Source of the DNA: a virus
Length of the DNA: 64,000 nt
Reading direction: 5' to 3' (one strand)
Virus record (IMG/VR): IMGVR_UViG_3300034683_000192
Location: 135,881-199,880 of that record
The position numbers and the translations under genes are program-made. Shown piece by piece: positions 1-10,374 of this stretch. The notes under the pieces were generated by a model. The model was not told the DNA's origin. It was given only the letters and a program-made list of their open reading frames with translations, and ran no database searches. How positions within the stretch are numbered: position 1 is the stretch's first letter; the number at the start of each line of letters is the position of its first letter.

Positions 1-256
1 GAATCACGTGAGGCGTTTCCTCCACTCCGAGAATTCCTCTGGGAGCTGCATCACCGATACTTCTCGGATCTCCATCGAGATAGTCGGCAACTTTCGAGAT
101 GTAGTCATGATCGAAGTTGAACAGAGACGGACGTATTGCTACTTCCGGCAACTGCTGCGCAGGAAACAAGTAGAGAACTGCGTTGCTCTTACTTGTCGAC
201 CAGGTCGTACGTCCTACAGTACGGCTAGGTCTCATACGGTCTTCGATTCCAAACAT
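1..256 (-). CDS. Partial ORF (N-terminus only; runs off the window); positional equivalent of phiKZ gp70
   Basis: ATG at 256 with GGAGG RBS; MFGIEDRMRPSRTVGRTTW... open to the window edge; directly downstream of the gp69-like gene. Confidence 0.6.
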   Translation of the reverse strand, partial: MFGIEDRMRPSRTVGRTTWSTSKSNAVLYLFPAQQLPEVAIRPSLFNFDHDYISKVADYLDGDPRSIGDAAPRGILGVEETPHVI

Positions 257-274
257 GCAGAAGGCCTCCGTGGG

Positions 275-1504
275 TTATTGTTCAACGAGAGATTTGGATA
301 CCAGCGGAACGATCGCGAAATCCGCGTGGTAGATGAATTCGAATACATTCGTGCGCATCGTAATCAGAAGTTCCCCATCAATGACAAGGAGTTCGATACG
401 GAGCACTTCACTGGCTTCTTCGTCAGAATGATCGAGAAGTTCCCCTATACCAGCAGAAGCATTGATTTCGTCAAATGTATCCTGAATGACACCTTCGACG
501 AATTCGCTGTTAAGTAGAAACTCTTCGACTTTCATCAGGAAGCTGATTTCTTTGGCTTCCGTGGTCTGAATTTTCTGATAAAGATTCGAGAGAACTGTCT
601 CATCCTGAACCTCGTTCCATGCATATCCATCGAATCTGAACGCAATCTTGATCACGTCGTATCCCGACGAAATAAGAATTTCGTACAGATCCATGAATCC
701 GCTGATCTCGGTAATACCACTCGAAGGAATTTGTGCGAGATTCTTTTTGACCTGCATCGTCTCTCGCAAATCGATCCATTCATTGTCCGTACGAATTTCC
801 GGACAAATCTTTTCTTCGATTTCTTTCGGAGAGATAGATGCTTTCTTGGTAAATTCCGAGAAGATGAGATTGTGACTCAGATCAATCGCAGGGGTTTCCA
901 CGATTTTGTCCAGCAACTCGTCGAGATGATCTTCACTATCGAATATACCATCTCGCAACCTCACATTCATGAGGTGTGCACGATCTTCGATTTCGTATGG
1001 AACTATTACTGAATCGCACATCCCGGAATTTTCCAGTATCGATGTGATTCGTGGAAATCTTGTCAATTCTGCGGTAGGATGATATTCGAGAATACCTTCG
1101 CGTACCTTTCGAAAAATATGCTTTGCTCTGGGAATCACTTTACGTGTTCCGGGCTTGCCGTATAGCCGTCTCACTGCGTTGATGCCATGGATATTCAGGT
1201 ACGGCAATGCCCCTGTATCCGAGGCCGTCCTTGGGTATACCAAGGTCATCACAGGATAAATCCTGTCAGCGAAACGCTCCGTAGATTCTGCAATTGCGAT
1301 ATGCCTCACGAGTAGATCATCGACGATGTGCGTAAACACATACTTATCGAGATCGACTTCCGTCTCGAATCTTCCTCCGATCATGTATTCTGCAGCATGC
1401 CGAAGAAAGCTGAGAAAGTGGTTTTGCTCTCTCCAGATCCCGGTGAGGGTTTCCAGAGATAAACCACCAGCATGAAAGATTGGGGTTTTTCGAACAAGGA
1501 TCAT
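275..1504 (-). CDS. Probable nuclear protein-import factor PicA/Imp1 (phiKZ gp69-like)
   Basis: 409 aa; 4-nt overlap with the gp68-like gene; assigned by conserved synteny and size only. Confidence 0.55.
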   Translation of the reverse strand: MILVRKTPIFHAGGLSLETLTGIWREQNHFLSFLRHAAEYMIGGRFETEVDLDKYVFTHIVDDLLVRHIAIAESTERFADRIYPVMTLVYPRTASDTGALPYLNIHGINAVRRLYGKPGTRKVIPRAKHIFRKVREGILEYHPTAELTRFPRITSILENSGMCDSVIVPYEIEDRAHLMNVRLRDGIFDSEDHLDELLDKIVETPAIDLSHNLIFSEFTKKASISPKEIEEKICPEIRTDNEWIDLRETMQVKKNLAQIPSSGITEISGFMDLYEILISSGYDVIKIAFRFDGYAWNEVQDETVLSNLYQKIQTTEAKEISFLMKVEEFLLNSEFVEGVIQDTFDEINASAGIGELLDHSDEEASEVLRIELLVIDGELLITMRTNVFEFIYHADFAIVPLVSKSLVEQ

Positions 1505-3096
1505 TCGATTTTTCCCTTAACGTAGGTGAATGAGACAAATTTCATGAGGTCGATCATGATCTTCTGGAAATCATGAATCGCTACCCCATTCTTTCCTTCA
1601 GTTCCTATCATCTCCCACACGGCAGGTGCAGTATTGTACGTCATGGTTCGTTGAACCAGAGTCGATGCAATATTTTTGAGTTTGGCATTCCACTCCTTCT
1701 CGCCGAATCCGGCAGGGAGAAGTTTCTTGCACTCAGTATACTCAAATGCGTTTTGCCATGCGTTATTGAAAATCAGATCCGATGGTTGAGATTCTCTCGG
1801 GGTCTCTGTCAGGTTTGCTGTCAGAATGTGTGCCAGTGTAGCACTACCCGAGGATGCCAAAATGAACTGGAAAGTGGCAGCCATATCACTTACCACAGCA
1901 GCATTTAGCATCGAAATTCCTGATCCTCCCCCGATCATAGGTCCGTAGTACATCGAGAGAAGATAGAGAGAAATGTCGTGGATGATCACCGGATTTCTTC
2001 GATAATACGCACGAGCAGATTCAAGCATTTCAGGATCAATTTCTTCATCCCTTGCTACTTTCTTCCACACGTTATTTGCCACGACTGAAATGATGATAGG
2101 AGTATCCGCAGTCTTTGCTGACTGTCTGGATTCTGCTTCCATTCTGGAAGTATTCCCTTCATCTTTTTCTTGATCGACTGGGTCAGTGATAATCTTTGCT
2201 GCGTTATTCGCAGCAATGTTCTTTTGTTGTGAATCAGCTGCACCTGTACCACAGCATGCGAGATACTTGATGATATTCCCATCTTCTTTGTGAAGAGAGA
2301 CACACACGAGCCGTTTTACGACTGCTGTATCCACTGCATGTCTGGCTGCACGTGCCAACGTGTTGCCGTTGTACATTGCAGTGGCATCACCTTTGTGATA
2401 GCCACTGACGAGTTTGGTGAGATAGCGATGAAGCTTCAGCAGAAGCTGCTGATACGTACGAGAATGAAGTTTCGTCAGAATCGCACGTGCGTGTGATTCT
2501 TTATATTCGTTGTCGATGACTTTGCTGTACTTGAAAATGAACGCTCCCATGATAGGAGAGATGAGTTTCATGAATACCGCAATAGCAGTCACAAGTACTG
2601 CTTCATCGTGGTGAAATGTCATCTCCGGAGTATCTTGAGGGCGAGAACCTGCATCATCCATCTTAGCGACAGGAATGCAGTCTTTGACGTAAGTCTCAGT
2701 TCTTTTGCAGAGGTTGATTTCTCGATCCAACCGATCGAGAATATCTCCTACTTTATCTTCAACTTCTTCGATGTCTGATGCATCATCTGCACCATTGCGA
2801 ATGAGTAGATGCGATTCGAGAAATGCATAGGCAATCTTCTCATGTTCTTCGACTGTGAATGATCTCAGGAAATGATTCACTGGGTCGTAGGCGACTTCTG
2901 GACCAGTCCCTATATCTCCGGACTCAGGATCATATTCCCTTCTGCGTGTGGTGAATGCAGAAAACGTCCGAATGTTGAAGAGCATGAGTTCTTCAATACC
3001 AGGAAGATCCGGTATTTCAAACCCACCACACACCATCCGGATGTATGGGTTTTGTGAGCTAAACCCATCCACAGGTTCAAAATGCAGCATGACCAC
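1501..3096 (-). CDS. Probable non-virion RNAP sigma-like subunit (phiKZ gp68-like)
   Basis: 531 aa; position in the SbcD-gp66-ChmC-gp68-gp69-gp70 block; size matches gp68. Confidence 0.65.
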   Translation of the reverse strand: MVMLHFEPVDGFSSQNPYIRMVCGGFEIPDLPGIEELMLFNIRTFSAFTTRRREYDPESGDIGTGPEVAYDPVNHFLRSFTVEEHEKIAYAFLESHLLIRNGADDASDIEEVEDKVGDILDRLDREINLCKRTETYVKDCIPVAKMDDAGSRPQDTPEMTFHHDEAVLVTAIAVFMKLISPIMGAFIFKYSKVIDNEYKESHARAILTKLHSRTYQQLLLKLHRYLTKLVSGYHKGDATAMYNGNTLARAARHAVDTAVVKRLVCVSLHKEDGNIIKYLACCGTGAADSQQKNIAANNAAKIITDPVDQEKDEGNTSRMEAESRQSAKTADTPIIISVVANNVWKKVARDEEIDPEMLESARAYYRRNPVIIHDISLYLLSMYYGPMIGGGSGISMLNAAVVSDMAATFQFILASSGSATLAHILTANLTETPRESQPSDLIFNNAWQNAFEYTECKKLLPAGFGEKEWNAKLKNIASTLVQRTMTYNTAPAVWEMIGTEGKNGVAIHDFQKIMIDLMKFVSFTYVKGKIE

Positions 3097-3185
3097 TCCT
3101 GTCTTATCTGTCGATCCTACATGGACCGTGTCGCGCTCATGTCATATTCAAAGCATGTCGGAATTTACATGATCACTCCAAGTAG

Positions 3186-3195
3186 GTAATATATA
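3186..3195 (-). promoter_or_regulatory. Putative early (virion RNAP) promoter TATATATTAC
   Basis: Matches the phiKZ early consensus TATATTAC; intergenic, upstream of the gp68-like gene; motif recurs 8 times on the minus strand. Confidence 0.65.
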
Positions 3196-3197
3196 CC

Positions 3198-3749
3198 TTA
3201 CTCATTGTTGGGTTCGGTACGTATTCTCTTTTTCAACTCACGAAGAGTATCCTCTTTCGACAGTCCGAGTTCTTTTTCAAGATACTCGAAATTTTCCATG
3301 ATCTGAGAAATGAATTTTTCGCGAATGGTTTGGAGAAGGTTCGTCGACGACGTACGTTCTCCCAAAAATTCAGTTGAAAGTTCATTAGGATCACACCTAC
3401 GTCTGGTATGCATGACTTTAGCTATGGCAGCACCGACTTCATGAACCGCAGAAATCGTCTCAACTCCTTTGGAGATATCGTAATAAAAATTCAATGATAC
3501 ACTTATTCCATTACGGATTCGGTGCAGATCGTCGAGAGATAGTTTTTCCAATTCAGCCAATAACCCATCGATGGACAACAACGCAAGATCGCGATATTTG
3601 GTTATCCCATCTCCGAATTTGAACGCACACACTTCATCCAGTAACTCAACGCAGATCAATTGGTTTAGGACTACTGGGTCCAGTATTTTCCATTCTTGCG
3701 TTGTGCTTACCAACACACTTGGTCGACTCATTTGATCTCTCATGACCAA
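3198..3749 (-). CDS. Hypothetical helical protein
   Basis: 183 aa ORF, GGAG RBS, tight operon packing. Confidence 0.75.
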   Translation of the reverse strand: MVMRDQMSRPSVLVSTTQEWKILDPVVLNQLICVELLDEVCAFKFGDGITKYRDLALLSIDGLLAELEKLSLDDLHRIRNGISVSLNFYYDISKGVETISAVHEVGAAIAKVMHTRRRCDPNELSTEFLGERTSSTNLLQTIREKFISQIMENFEYLEKELGLSKEDTLRELKKRIRTEPNNE

Positions 3750-3761
3750 TCTCCTGTACAG

Positions 3762-4085
3762 CTATTTCGTGCGTGATTTGCCGTTGCAACAAGACGATGA
3801 GGTAACTTCTATGACCGCATCAAGAACTCGTGCGTAATTGGGCAGCGTCGTTCTCGGTACTGCCATCACAAGACTACATTTTACGATATCTGCATCGACA
3901 GGAGATAGAGTCTTAAGATACTCGACCATATCGCCACGTGTCTTAACTTCTAAGTCCAGATATTTTGTCTTTCCATCTCCAACGCAGAAAAATACTTCGT
4001 CCTCTCCGACAACTATCGTCGGTTCTCCATTCGAAGGTACATACTCTCCCTCTATTGCTATCACATCTTTGACTTGAAGTTTCAT
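3762..4085 (-). CDS. Hypothetical protein
   Basis: 107 aa, GGAGG RBS. Confidence 0.75.
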   Translation of the reverse strand: MKLQVKDVIAIEGEYVPSNGEPTIVVGEDEVFFCVGDGKTKYLDLEVKTRGDMVEYLKTLSPVDADIVKCSLVMAVPRTTLPNYARVLDAVIEVTSSSCCNGKSRTK

Positions 4086-4097
4086 TGGTATTCCTCC

Positions 4098-4712
4098 TTA
4101 CCATTTGTTGATTCGTTTATACCTACGATTATGCATCGATTTCAATCGATTGATCCGTTTCTCTTCTTCGAGAGGATCATACGCAGGCTCTTCACATTTC
4201 GGACAGCGAAAGACCTGCGCTTGGTCTAGCGTCGAAACAATAGAGCTTCCTCTGAGTTTGGATATGGACATACCCATGTCAGAATTTCCAATAACCAGGA
4301 CTCCACCATTTGGGAATTGGTACAGCTCATTACACTCGTCGGTTTCATGATCGCTAGATTTGTACTGATTTTCCATTTCTTTGGCAACTCGATCAAACTC
4401 ATCTTCAGTGAGAATAACGACTTCGTCGCAGATGTCGTGTACTATCGCAGTGTGCATGAATTTGATCATAAGCATCGTGTTGATGATCCCAGACTTCCCA
4501 CATTGTCGGATTACCGTAACATCGTCCGTGTTCATGGGATCTGCGACTACACGACCATTTTCATCGATTACAGAAATGACCTGAGTATTTTCAGAATCTA
4601 CTGAAACCGATTTGAGATATTTACTCTCGTACGTTCCGTTGTAGGCTTCCTCCAAACTGACCGGTCCGAGAATTTTCTGCGCATCTACGGTCGTAAATAT
4701 GATTCTGACCAT
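4098..4712 (-). CDS. Hypothetical protein with C-terminal CxxC (CPKC)
   Basis: 204 aa, GGAG RBS. Confidence 0.75.
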   Translation of the reverse strand: MVRIIFTTVDAQKILGPVSLEEAYNGTYESKYLKSVSVDSENTQVISVIDENGRVVADPMNTDDVTVIRQCGKSGIINTMLMIKFMHTAIVHDICDEVVILTEDEFDRVAKEMENQYKSSDHETDECNELYQFPNGGVLVIGNSDMGMSISKLRGSSIVSTLDQAQVFRCPKCEEPAYDPLEEEKRINRLKSMHNRRYKRINKW

Positions 4713-4725
4713 TGGTATATCTCCA

Positions 4726-5001
4726 TCATTTGGTGATCAGTGAAAATGCAACAACCCCAGTCATTATTCCAAGCATGCATGAACCTATCCCAGACACAAC
4801 ACGTGCTTCATGCATCTCGATTGTTTCTTTCTTAAGCCGTCGGGTTATCATCGACAATACCCCAGCAGCGAACGTACCGAGTGCTATTCCGGTAAGAATC
4901 GTCACTGGCTGAAAATGATCTTCCACCAACAATCCCAGAGTCAGCATCACTGCATACGGAATACAAAGGAGTGATGCCGAATATACGTTTATTGCATTCA
5001 T
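4726..5001 (-). CDS. Small membrane protein (about 3 TM)
   Basis: 91 aa, three hydrophobic stretches, GGAG RBS. Confidence 0.7.
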   Translation of the reverse strand: MNAINVYSASLLCIPYAVMLTLGLLVEDHFQPVTILTGIALGTFAAGVLSMITRRLKKETIEMHEARVVSGIGSCMLGIMTGVVAFSLITK

Positions 5002-5029
5002 ATCGGCTCCTTCGGGTGTCTAGCGTATC

Positions 5030-5386
5030 TTAGATTTCGTAAAATACAGAGATAATCGCCAGACAGACAAAGGCGATCGTATTCATGAGATCCACTGGAT
5101 CACTTCGTTCAAAGTCATCGTTCACGTATTCAATTACGGAAACAATTCCCGTAGCCATTGCAAATATGTAAAGGAGTGTTGTTGACGCATTGACGATATA
5201 TTTACCACTCATCATACCCGATCCGACAATACACAGGTATCCGAGTACACCACTTACCCAGAATCTGGTATAATTGGAACTGTCTTTGTGCGTGGTCTGG
5301 TACCACAATTCCACGATGGCACCAATGATGAAAATTACAATACCCATGGTGTGAATGGGCTCGATAAGAAAAGTCACGTCAATCAT
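5030..5386 (-). CDS. Small membrane protein (about 4 TM)
   Basis: 118 aa, hydrophobic segments, AGGAG RBS. Confidence 0.7.
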   Translation of the reverse strand: MIDVTFLIEPIHTMGIVIFIIGAIVELWYQTTHKDSSNYTRFWVSGVLGYLCIVGSGMMSGKYIVNASTTLLYIFAMATGIVSVIEYVNDDFERSDPVDLMNTIAFVCLAIISVFYEI

Positions 5387-5440
5387 GCTAAACTCCTGTC
5401 AGTTAAAGGTTATAGTAAACTTACAATATATTTTTCGATA

Positions 5441-5471
5441 CATCCTAGGGCCCTTACGGGACCCTAGGATG
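5441..5471. terminator. Intergenic hairpin / terminator after the ChmC-like gene
   Basis: catcctaggg...ccctaggatg inverted repeat. Confidence 0.7.
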
Positions 5472-5489
5472 CGGAGTTTCTTCTGGTAA

Positions 5490-6113
5490 CTAGTAGATCA
5501 TGTCATCAAGACTGTCATCCGCGGCTGTCTGTTGCGCGGGAGGAGCAGATGGAGCAGAAGAACCACCAGAATTCTTCGATGCATTGGATCCACCACGAGG
5601 CGGCTGAACCGTACGGCACTTGATCGCGACGATTTCCCACGACGACATGATGAATCGGCACAGTTCCTTCGCGGATCTGCGGCTGCGTACCGTGGGACTG
5701 TTGTCTTCGGATGAGATCTCGACAGCACTGTTACCCTTGATCGGAAACAGTTCAGGAGCCTGTCCTTCGAAAACAACTTCGATGAAGATGATGCCGTGTT
5801 CATCCTTACCGAGGATGATGGTACAGTCTCTCTTGTACGTAGGACGCGGCTGAGCCTGAGCATCCCACTTCGACAGAATGATAGACGTCTTGGCACCGGG
5901 TGCTGCAGTCAGAAGAGCTTGCATGACTTCGCCCATAGCGAGACGAGTTTCATTCGCGATGACAATGCTCTTCGGACGTTCACCACGGCCTTTTCCCTGA
6001 AAGATCGTGAGAGTGGTATTTCCATTCCATGCGCCGAAGTGGAGTTCAGACTGCCCACTCGCGCTGCGGAACTTACGGACACCATTCGGATTGAAATCTC
6101 CGACATTGGCCAT
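5490..6113 (-). CDS. Probable nucleus-associated RNA-binding protein ChmC (phiKZ gp67/Imp6-like)
   Basis: 207 aa; beta-rich core plus disordered Gly/Ser/Pro tail ending in acidic DDSLDDMIY; follows the gp66-like gene; G/C-ending codon bias. Confidence 0.6.
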   Translation of the reverse strand: MANVGDFNPNGVRKFRSASGQSELHFGAWNGNTTLTIFQGKGRGERPKSIVIANETRLAMGEVMQALLTAAPGAKTSIILSKWDAQAQPRPTYKRDCTIILGKDEHGIIFIEVVFEGQAPELFPIKGNSAVEISSEDNSPTVRSRRSAKELCRFIMSSWEIVAIKCRTVQPPRGGSNASKNSGGSSAPSAPPAQQTAADDSLDDMIY

Positions 6114-6123
6114 GACGTACTCC

Positions 6124-7032
6124 TTAGAATTTGACCGTAGTAAGCATAGGTCTCATGACAAGACCAGATGCAACAGCATCCTCGATTATTGATGCTTCAG
6201 ATCGAGAAATCCATCGGTGGGATTCTGCTCTCTCTAATAGCAGTGCCTTAGTCTTTCTTTTTGCCATTGGTTCCACGAGGATATTGTCACCGAATAGCAA
6301 ATGTGTAGCTGAGTTAAATGGGACGGTATCGACCTTAAATACCTTTTTCCCAAAGCTTTCCAGAGATTTGATTTCTCCGGTAAAACTCTCGATTAGTGTA
6401 AACTTTTTGACATACCGTGCAAGATGAAGGTCGACGGCTTGTCTGCTGATCATCCCAATTCTTAAATCGAGGAGACCTAGCGTACTTTTGATTTTACCTA
6501 AAGTCATTTTCTCTTTGATGCTATTCATCACAAAAGAGAAAATATCCTGATGTGGAAAAGTTCTATTGGTTCCGGCATGCATAGTCACACATGTCATATT
6601 GCCGAATTGTGTGGCAACATCCGGTTTCATCGTGCGAGGAAAGTGCGCTTTTTCTATATCTTGTTGAATCTTAAGGATCCTGAGTTGTTCTTTGTTCGGA
6701 ATTCTTCGATGTACATTAGGAAGCGCATCGTAGTGTGGAACATACAGCACAAAGTGCGGATATGGTGAGGATACGCTAAGTACCTCTAAGTATTCATGGA
6801 ATGCGGCTATGATGTTATCGATATCCTCGAATGTCCATTTTGCAACTTCATCGTCTCGCGTACCCTTACCGAGATTGTTCCTGATGAGGGTATCGAGATT
6901 TACCAGAATAACATCCCACACTGGAGGATTTCTTCCAAATGCCAGAGATTTCAAAGTATCCAGAATTTTGAAGGTTCCAGTACCTCGAATTTTATCTGGT
7001 TGCGAATTTTCGAACATCATGGGATTACTCAC
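6124..7032 (-). CDS. Conserved core protein (phiKZ gp66-like)
   Basis: 302 aa between SbcD and the ChmC-like gene; synteny. Confidence 0.55.
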   Translation of the reverse strand: MSNPMMFENSQPDKIRGTGTFKILDTLKSLAFGRNPPVWDVILVNLDTLIRNNLGKGTRDDEVAKWTFEDIDNIIAAFHEYLEVLSVSSPYPHFVLYVPHYDALPNVHRRIPNKEQLRILKIQQDIEKAHFPRTMKPDVATQFGNMTCVTMHAGTNRTFPHQDIFSFVMNSIKEKMTLGKIKSTLGLLDLRIGMISRQAVDLHLARYVKKFTLIESFTGEIKSLESFGKKVFKVDTVPFNSATHLLFGDNILVEPMAKRKTKALLLERAESHRWISRSEASIIEDAVASGLVMRPMLTTVKF

Positions 7033-8173
7033 TTAGAATTTCGCGTATTCTTTCCGCGGTTATAGGTGATGTACCATATACCGTCTGGAGATGAAGAAAC
7101 ACATGTTCATGAATATTGGATTCATCAACTACAAATTCTTCTGTAGATAACTGCAGATCAAAATCTGTACTGATGATCTTTCTTTGTATATCGTCTTTCT
7201 TTGTGGATAAACCAGTAATCGAGAGATTGGTTCCATACGTTTGATTAGCGCACTGAATAAGGATCATTCTCTTTTCCGTATCTTCGTGTGCTATTCTCAA
7301 ATGTCCGTATGGATTTTCTCCAAACTTCTTCTTAATCTGATCATGCATGTCAAGAAGAAGTTCATCGATGTCTCCGTTATTCGATTTAGGATAAATCGTA
7401 AAGAAGTACATCGCTTCAGTATTTTCTTTGAAAGTCATTTTCCACTTATCATCAGCTAACCGAGTAAGTGTTAGATAACCTTTCTTTTCCTCTTCTCCAT
7501 GATTTAATCGTTCAAAGCTCCCCACATACACAACATTTTTGTGTACTGAATGCGTATGAACATGACCCACTAGTACCTTCCCCTTGACCCATCCTTCGAA
7601 CTGTTTCGCTCGATAAGTACGAGCAGGTTCTTTAGGTATGCCTTTGGGAAGGACATGATCAAAATATCCATGAGCTATGACTAGATCAACATACGTCCAT
7701 CCGGACTTTTCCATCGTTTCGTGTACAAGATCCAAAATCTCTTCACTTGTCTTGTATGGAAGATCGTCTGGAATGAACAGCAATCGAAGATCCATATCAG
7801 GAATGTATTCGATCGCGACATGATCGTAGTATTTGAGATCTGCCATCATGTCTGCGTATGTCAAATTGAGAGTATTTACTGTGGCAAGTTGACCTCTATC
7901 GTGGCTCCATGTACCACGAAGAATTCTGACCTTTACAGAATACTCTCGAGCAATGCGAAGTAGTTCGCCTATCGCAAGAAGTGCTTCCTGTGTTTGAACA
8001 TGATCGAGAAGAAGTAGCTTATCAAAAAGATCACCAGCAAATATCAGCAGTTTTGCTTGTTTGATATCTTCGTGTACGTCACGCAAATCGTAGCGTATTT
8101 TTCCTGCAGTGATCTTCGGATGCCCAAAATGAACATCCGAGATCACTACAGCGTCGTAGATTTTTTCCATCAC
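7025..8173 (-). CDS. sbcD: SbcD/Mre11-like metallophosphoesterase nuclease (phiKZ gp65-like)
   Basis: Motifs ISDVHFG, AGDLFD, GTWSHD, AHG, GHVH, GSFERL. Confidence 0.9.
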   Translation of the reverse strand: MMEKIYDAVVISDVHFGHPKITAGKIRYDLRDVHEDIKQAKLLIFAGDLFDKLLLLDHVQTQEALLAIGELLRIAREYSVKVRILRGTWSHDRGQLATVNTLNLTYADMMADLKYYDHVAIEYIPDMDLRLLFIPDDLPYKTSEEILDLVHETMEKSGWTYVDLVIAHGYFDHVLPKGIPKEPARTYRAKQFEGWVKGKVLVGHVHTHSVHKNVVYVGSFERLNHGEEEKKGYLTLTRLADDKWKMTFKENTEAMYFFTIYPKSNNGDIDELLLDMHDQIKKKFGENPYGHLRIAHEDTEKRMILIQCANQTYGTNLSITGLSTKKDDIQRKIISTDFDLQLSTEEFVVDESNIHEHVFLHLQTVYGTSPITAERIREILSE

Positions 8174-8775
8174 TATTCGTCAGAGGATTCGAAGAAATCC
8201 TCTACCGACTGTTCAGGTGAATCAATTTGTGCTTCCGATTCTTCCGGAAGATTCTTGACGAGTTCCGCATATTTTTCAGGATTCGTCTTCTTCAGAACCC
8301 CAAGAGACAGTTTGATGACAGCAGATTGTGCAGCTGCCAGCTTCCGCGGGTTATGCCCCTGGGATTGTACGAATTCTCGTGCGAGAATGTAGTACGCTTT
8401 CGTGTTATCGTCATGCGTTTCATTCTCGTTCTTGTTGTGGAGATATTCGAGACTGCCAGACTTCATCGAGTCGATGAGCGATGTCGGCATTCTTTCAGGA
8501 GGAATGGTAAATACCACGTTATCCTGATTGGTCGGATCCATCGGAGATCCGTCATGATAGACGGTGATGAACTTAGTGATGTCGAATCTTTCCTCGTATT
8601 CTGCTCGGAGGATCCGCATACTCTGCATTTCCGCTTCAGGAATAGATTCCTTGTTTCGGAAAAGCGGAGCGAATCTTGCGAACTCCGAAAGATATACTCT
8701 CGACTTTTCAAGTTCGACTTCTTGAATTGTCTTGAGCATCTCCTGAAATTCTCGACGGTTTTCTTCGTAGCTCAT
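8173..8775 (-). CDS. Hypothetical core-block protein with acidic C-terminus
   Basis: 200 aa, translationally coupled to SbcD. Confidence 0.75.
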   Translation of the reverse strand: MSYEENRREFQEMLKTIQEVELEKSRVYLSEFARFAPLFRNKESIPEAEMQSMRILRAEYEERFDITKFITVYHDGSPMDPTNQDNVVFTIPPERMPTSLIDSMKSGSLEYLHNKNENETHDDNTKAYYILAREFVQSQGHNPRKLAAAQSAVIKLSLGVLKKTNPEKYAELVKNLPEESEAQIDSPEQSVEDFFESSDE

Positions 8776-9206
8776 ATCTTCGTTCCTTTGAGCGAGAGTT
8801 CAAGTATTGAGTTTTGATTGACTTTGATCATTGCGTCAGTAAGAACCAAAGAATCGACATTACTCGAATCAGTGACCGTTACACGTACTTCGAGATTGTA
8901 CGACCCATCAGTTTCTTTTTCGGTAGAGGTTACTTCTACCCGAATATTTCCATTTGGAAAATATCTGGTAAGAATATCACCGAGCTGGTTCTGGTACGCA
9001 GAACAGAGCGCGTCTGGGTTATCGCCATATTGCGCCTGCAATTCGCGAAGCGACAACTTGATTCCAGGATAGAGATCGGTATCTTTTCCTGGTTGTGCGG
9101 TGGTATGTCTGATGACATACGCAGTAACATCCTGTATGGAAGTGATTATTCCAACAGATGCACTAAGAGTCGGAATGCATGGAATAGGATCAGTCGTCTG
9201 GCTCAT
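8772..9206 (-). CDS. Conserved core protein (phiKZ gp62-like)
   Basis: Start at 9206 with GAGGAG RBS; N-terminal IPTLS motif; synteny. Confidence 0.5.
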   Translation of the reverse strand: MSQTTDPIPCIPTLSASVGIITSIQDVTAYVIRHTTAQPGKDTDLYPGIKLSLRELQAQYGDNPDALCSAYQNQLGDILTRYFPNGNIRVEVTSTEKETDGSYNLEVRVTVTDSSNVDSLVLTDAMIKVNQNSILELSLKGTKI

Positions 9207-9249
9207 GGGCTTTCTCCTCAAAGAAAAATGAATATAAACGTGAGGTATA

Positions 9250-9286
9250 GAATCGAGGGGACCCTAGACGGGTATCCCCTCGATTC
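9250..9286. terminator. Intergenic hairpin
   Basis: gaatcgagggga...tcccctcgattc. Confidence 0.65.
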
Positions 9287-9287
9287 A

Positions 9288-9956
9288 TTAGCCCCGGATG
9301 TTATCGAGATCAGTGGGATCGAGGTACGTCGTTTCAACGACCTCTTCCATGAGTCTACGAGCACGATCCAGTGAGATGACTTCGTCTGGCGTAAGATCCA
9401 CGTCATCGTGATCTTCCGTATCGACGAATATGAGAATATCTTCTTCAGGAACTCCACGAAGTTCCGCAAGTTCTTTGCGCAGTTCTTTATCTTCTTCGTT
9501 CAGGAATTTGTCAGGGTCATCCAAATGAACGACTCCGTTGCGATCGATGAGTCGATCGTACATTTCTTTCTTCTGCACTAACTCATCAGCAGTATATCCA
9601 TACCCACTGATTCGACCTTGCTTCAGTAGAGAGAATACGGGATCCGTGGTGATTGTCGGGATGATCATGCAGGGAGGAAGTTCCCTGAGTTCCTCGATAT
9701 CGTCGATCCAGATGATATCGTCCGTACGCAGAAGCTTTCTTGCTACGAGATTGACAGCACGACTCGCTTCACGAATCGGCACTATGTACTTCGAAAGAAA
9801 TGAATCGTACTGTCTACCGTATCGGTCATCTTTCGACCCGAAATAGGTAGAACCAGTCAGTCGGTTGATCTGCTGAATAAGAGCAGCATCTCCTCTCGTA
9901 CCAAGGAGACTCGACATCGGTGGGATGCTGCTCAGTTCGGTGAGGTTACTCAACAT
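9288..9956 (-). CDS. Conserved core protein (phiKZ gp61-like)
   Basis: 222 aa, GAGGAG RBS, C-terminal DPTD motif; synteny. Confidence 0.5.
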   Translation of the reverse strand: MLSNLTELSSIPPMSSLLGTRGDAALIQQINRLTGSTYFGSKDDRYGRQYDSFLSKYIVPIREASRAVNLVARKLLRTDDIIWIDDIEELRELPPCMIIPTITTDPVFSLLKQGRISGYGYTADELVQKKEMYDRLIDRNGVVHLDDPDKFLNEEDKELRKELAELRGVPEEDILIFVDTEDHDDVDLTPDEVISLDRARRLMEEVVETTYLDPTDLDNIRG

Positions 9957-9996
9957 CAGTTCTCCTCAAACTTTTAAAGTTCCGATACTCATCAAA

Positions 9997-10005
9997 GTAA
10001 TATAT
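9997..10005 (-). promoter_or_regulatory. Putative early promoter ATATATTAC
   Basis: TATATTAC core about 40 nt upstream of the gp61-like gene. Confidence 0.6.
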
Positions 10006-10050
10006 TCCTATTCCTTTGACGAGCACAGAATGGTTATGTGTTATCTTCTT

Positions 10051-10314
10051 CTACATGAACTCGTCGTCGACATTGATCTCTACTTCGATTAATGCTACTC
10101 CAGTAGGAGTCTTTACTACTTTGCATGACAAATATCGCACACAAGGATCTTCTGCGTAAATGCTAAGATATCCCTTATTTCCAGCAAGTCCGATTCGAAC
10201 TTCACCATCGAGAAGAGCTTCTCTGAACCAAGCTGGATACTTCTCTGACATTATTTCAGCCTTATCTTCTTCTCGTATTGGACCGAAAATAAACTCAGTA
10301 ATCTGTGAACTCAT
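10051..10314 (-). CDS. Hypothetical protein
   Basis: ORF track start (10389) lies inside a hairpin; ATG at 10314 has a GGAG RBS. Confidence 0.6.
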   Translation of the reverse strand: MSSQITEFIFGPIREEDKAEIMSEKYPAWFREALLDGEVRIGLAGNKGYLSIYAEDPCVRYLSCKVVKTPTGVALIEVEINVDDEFM

Positions 10315-10374
10315 GATGCTCTCCATATGCTGAGTGTTATGACAGCAAAACAAATCACGATCGATATAATTGAG

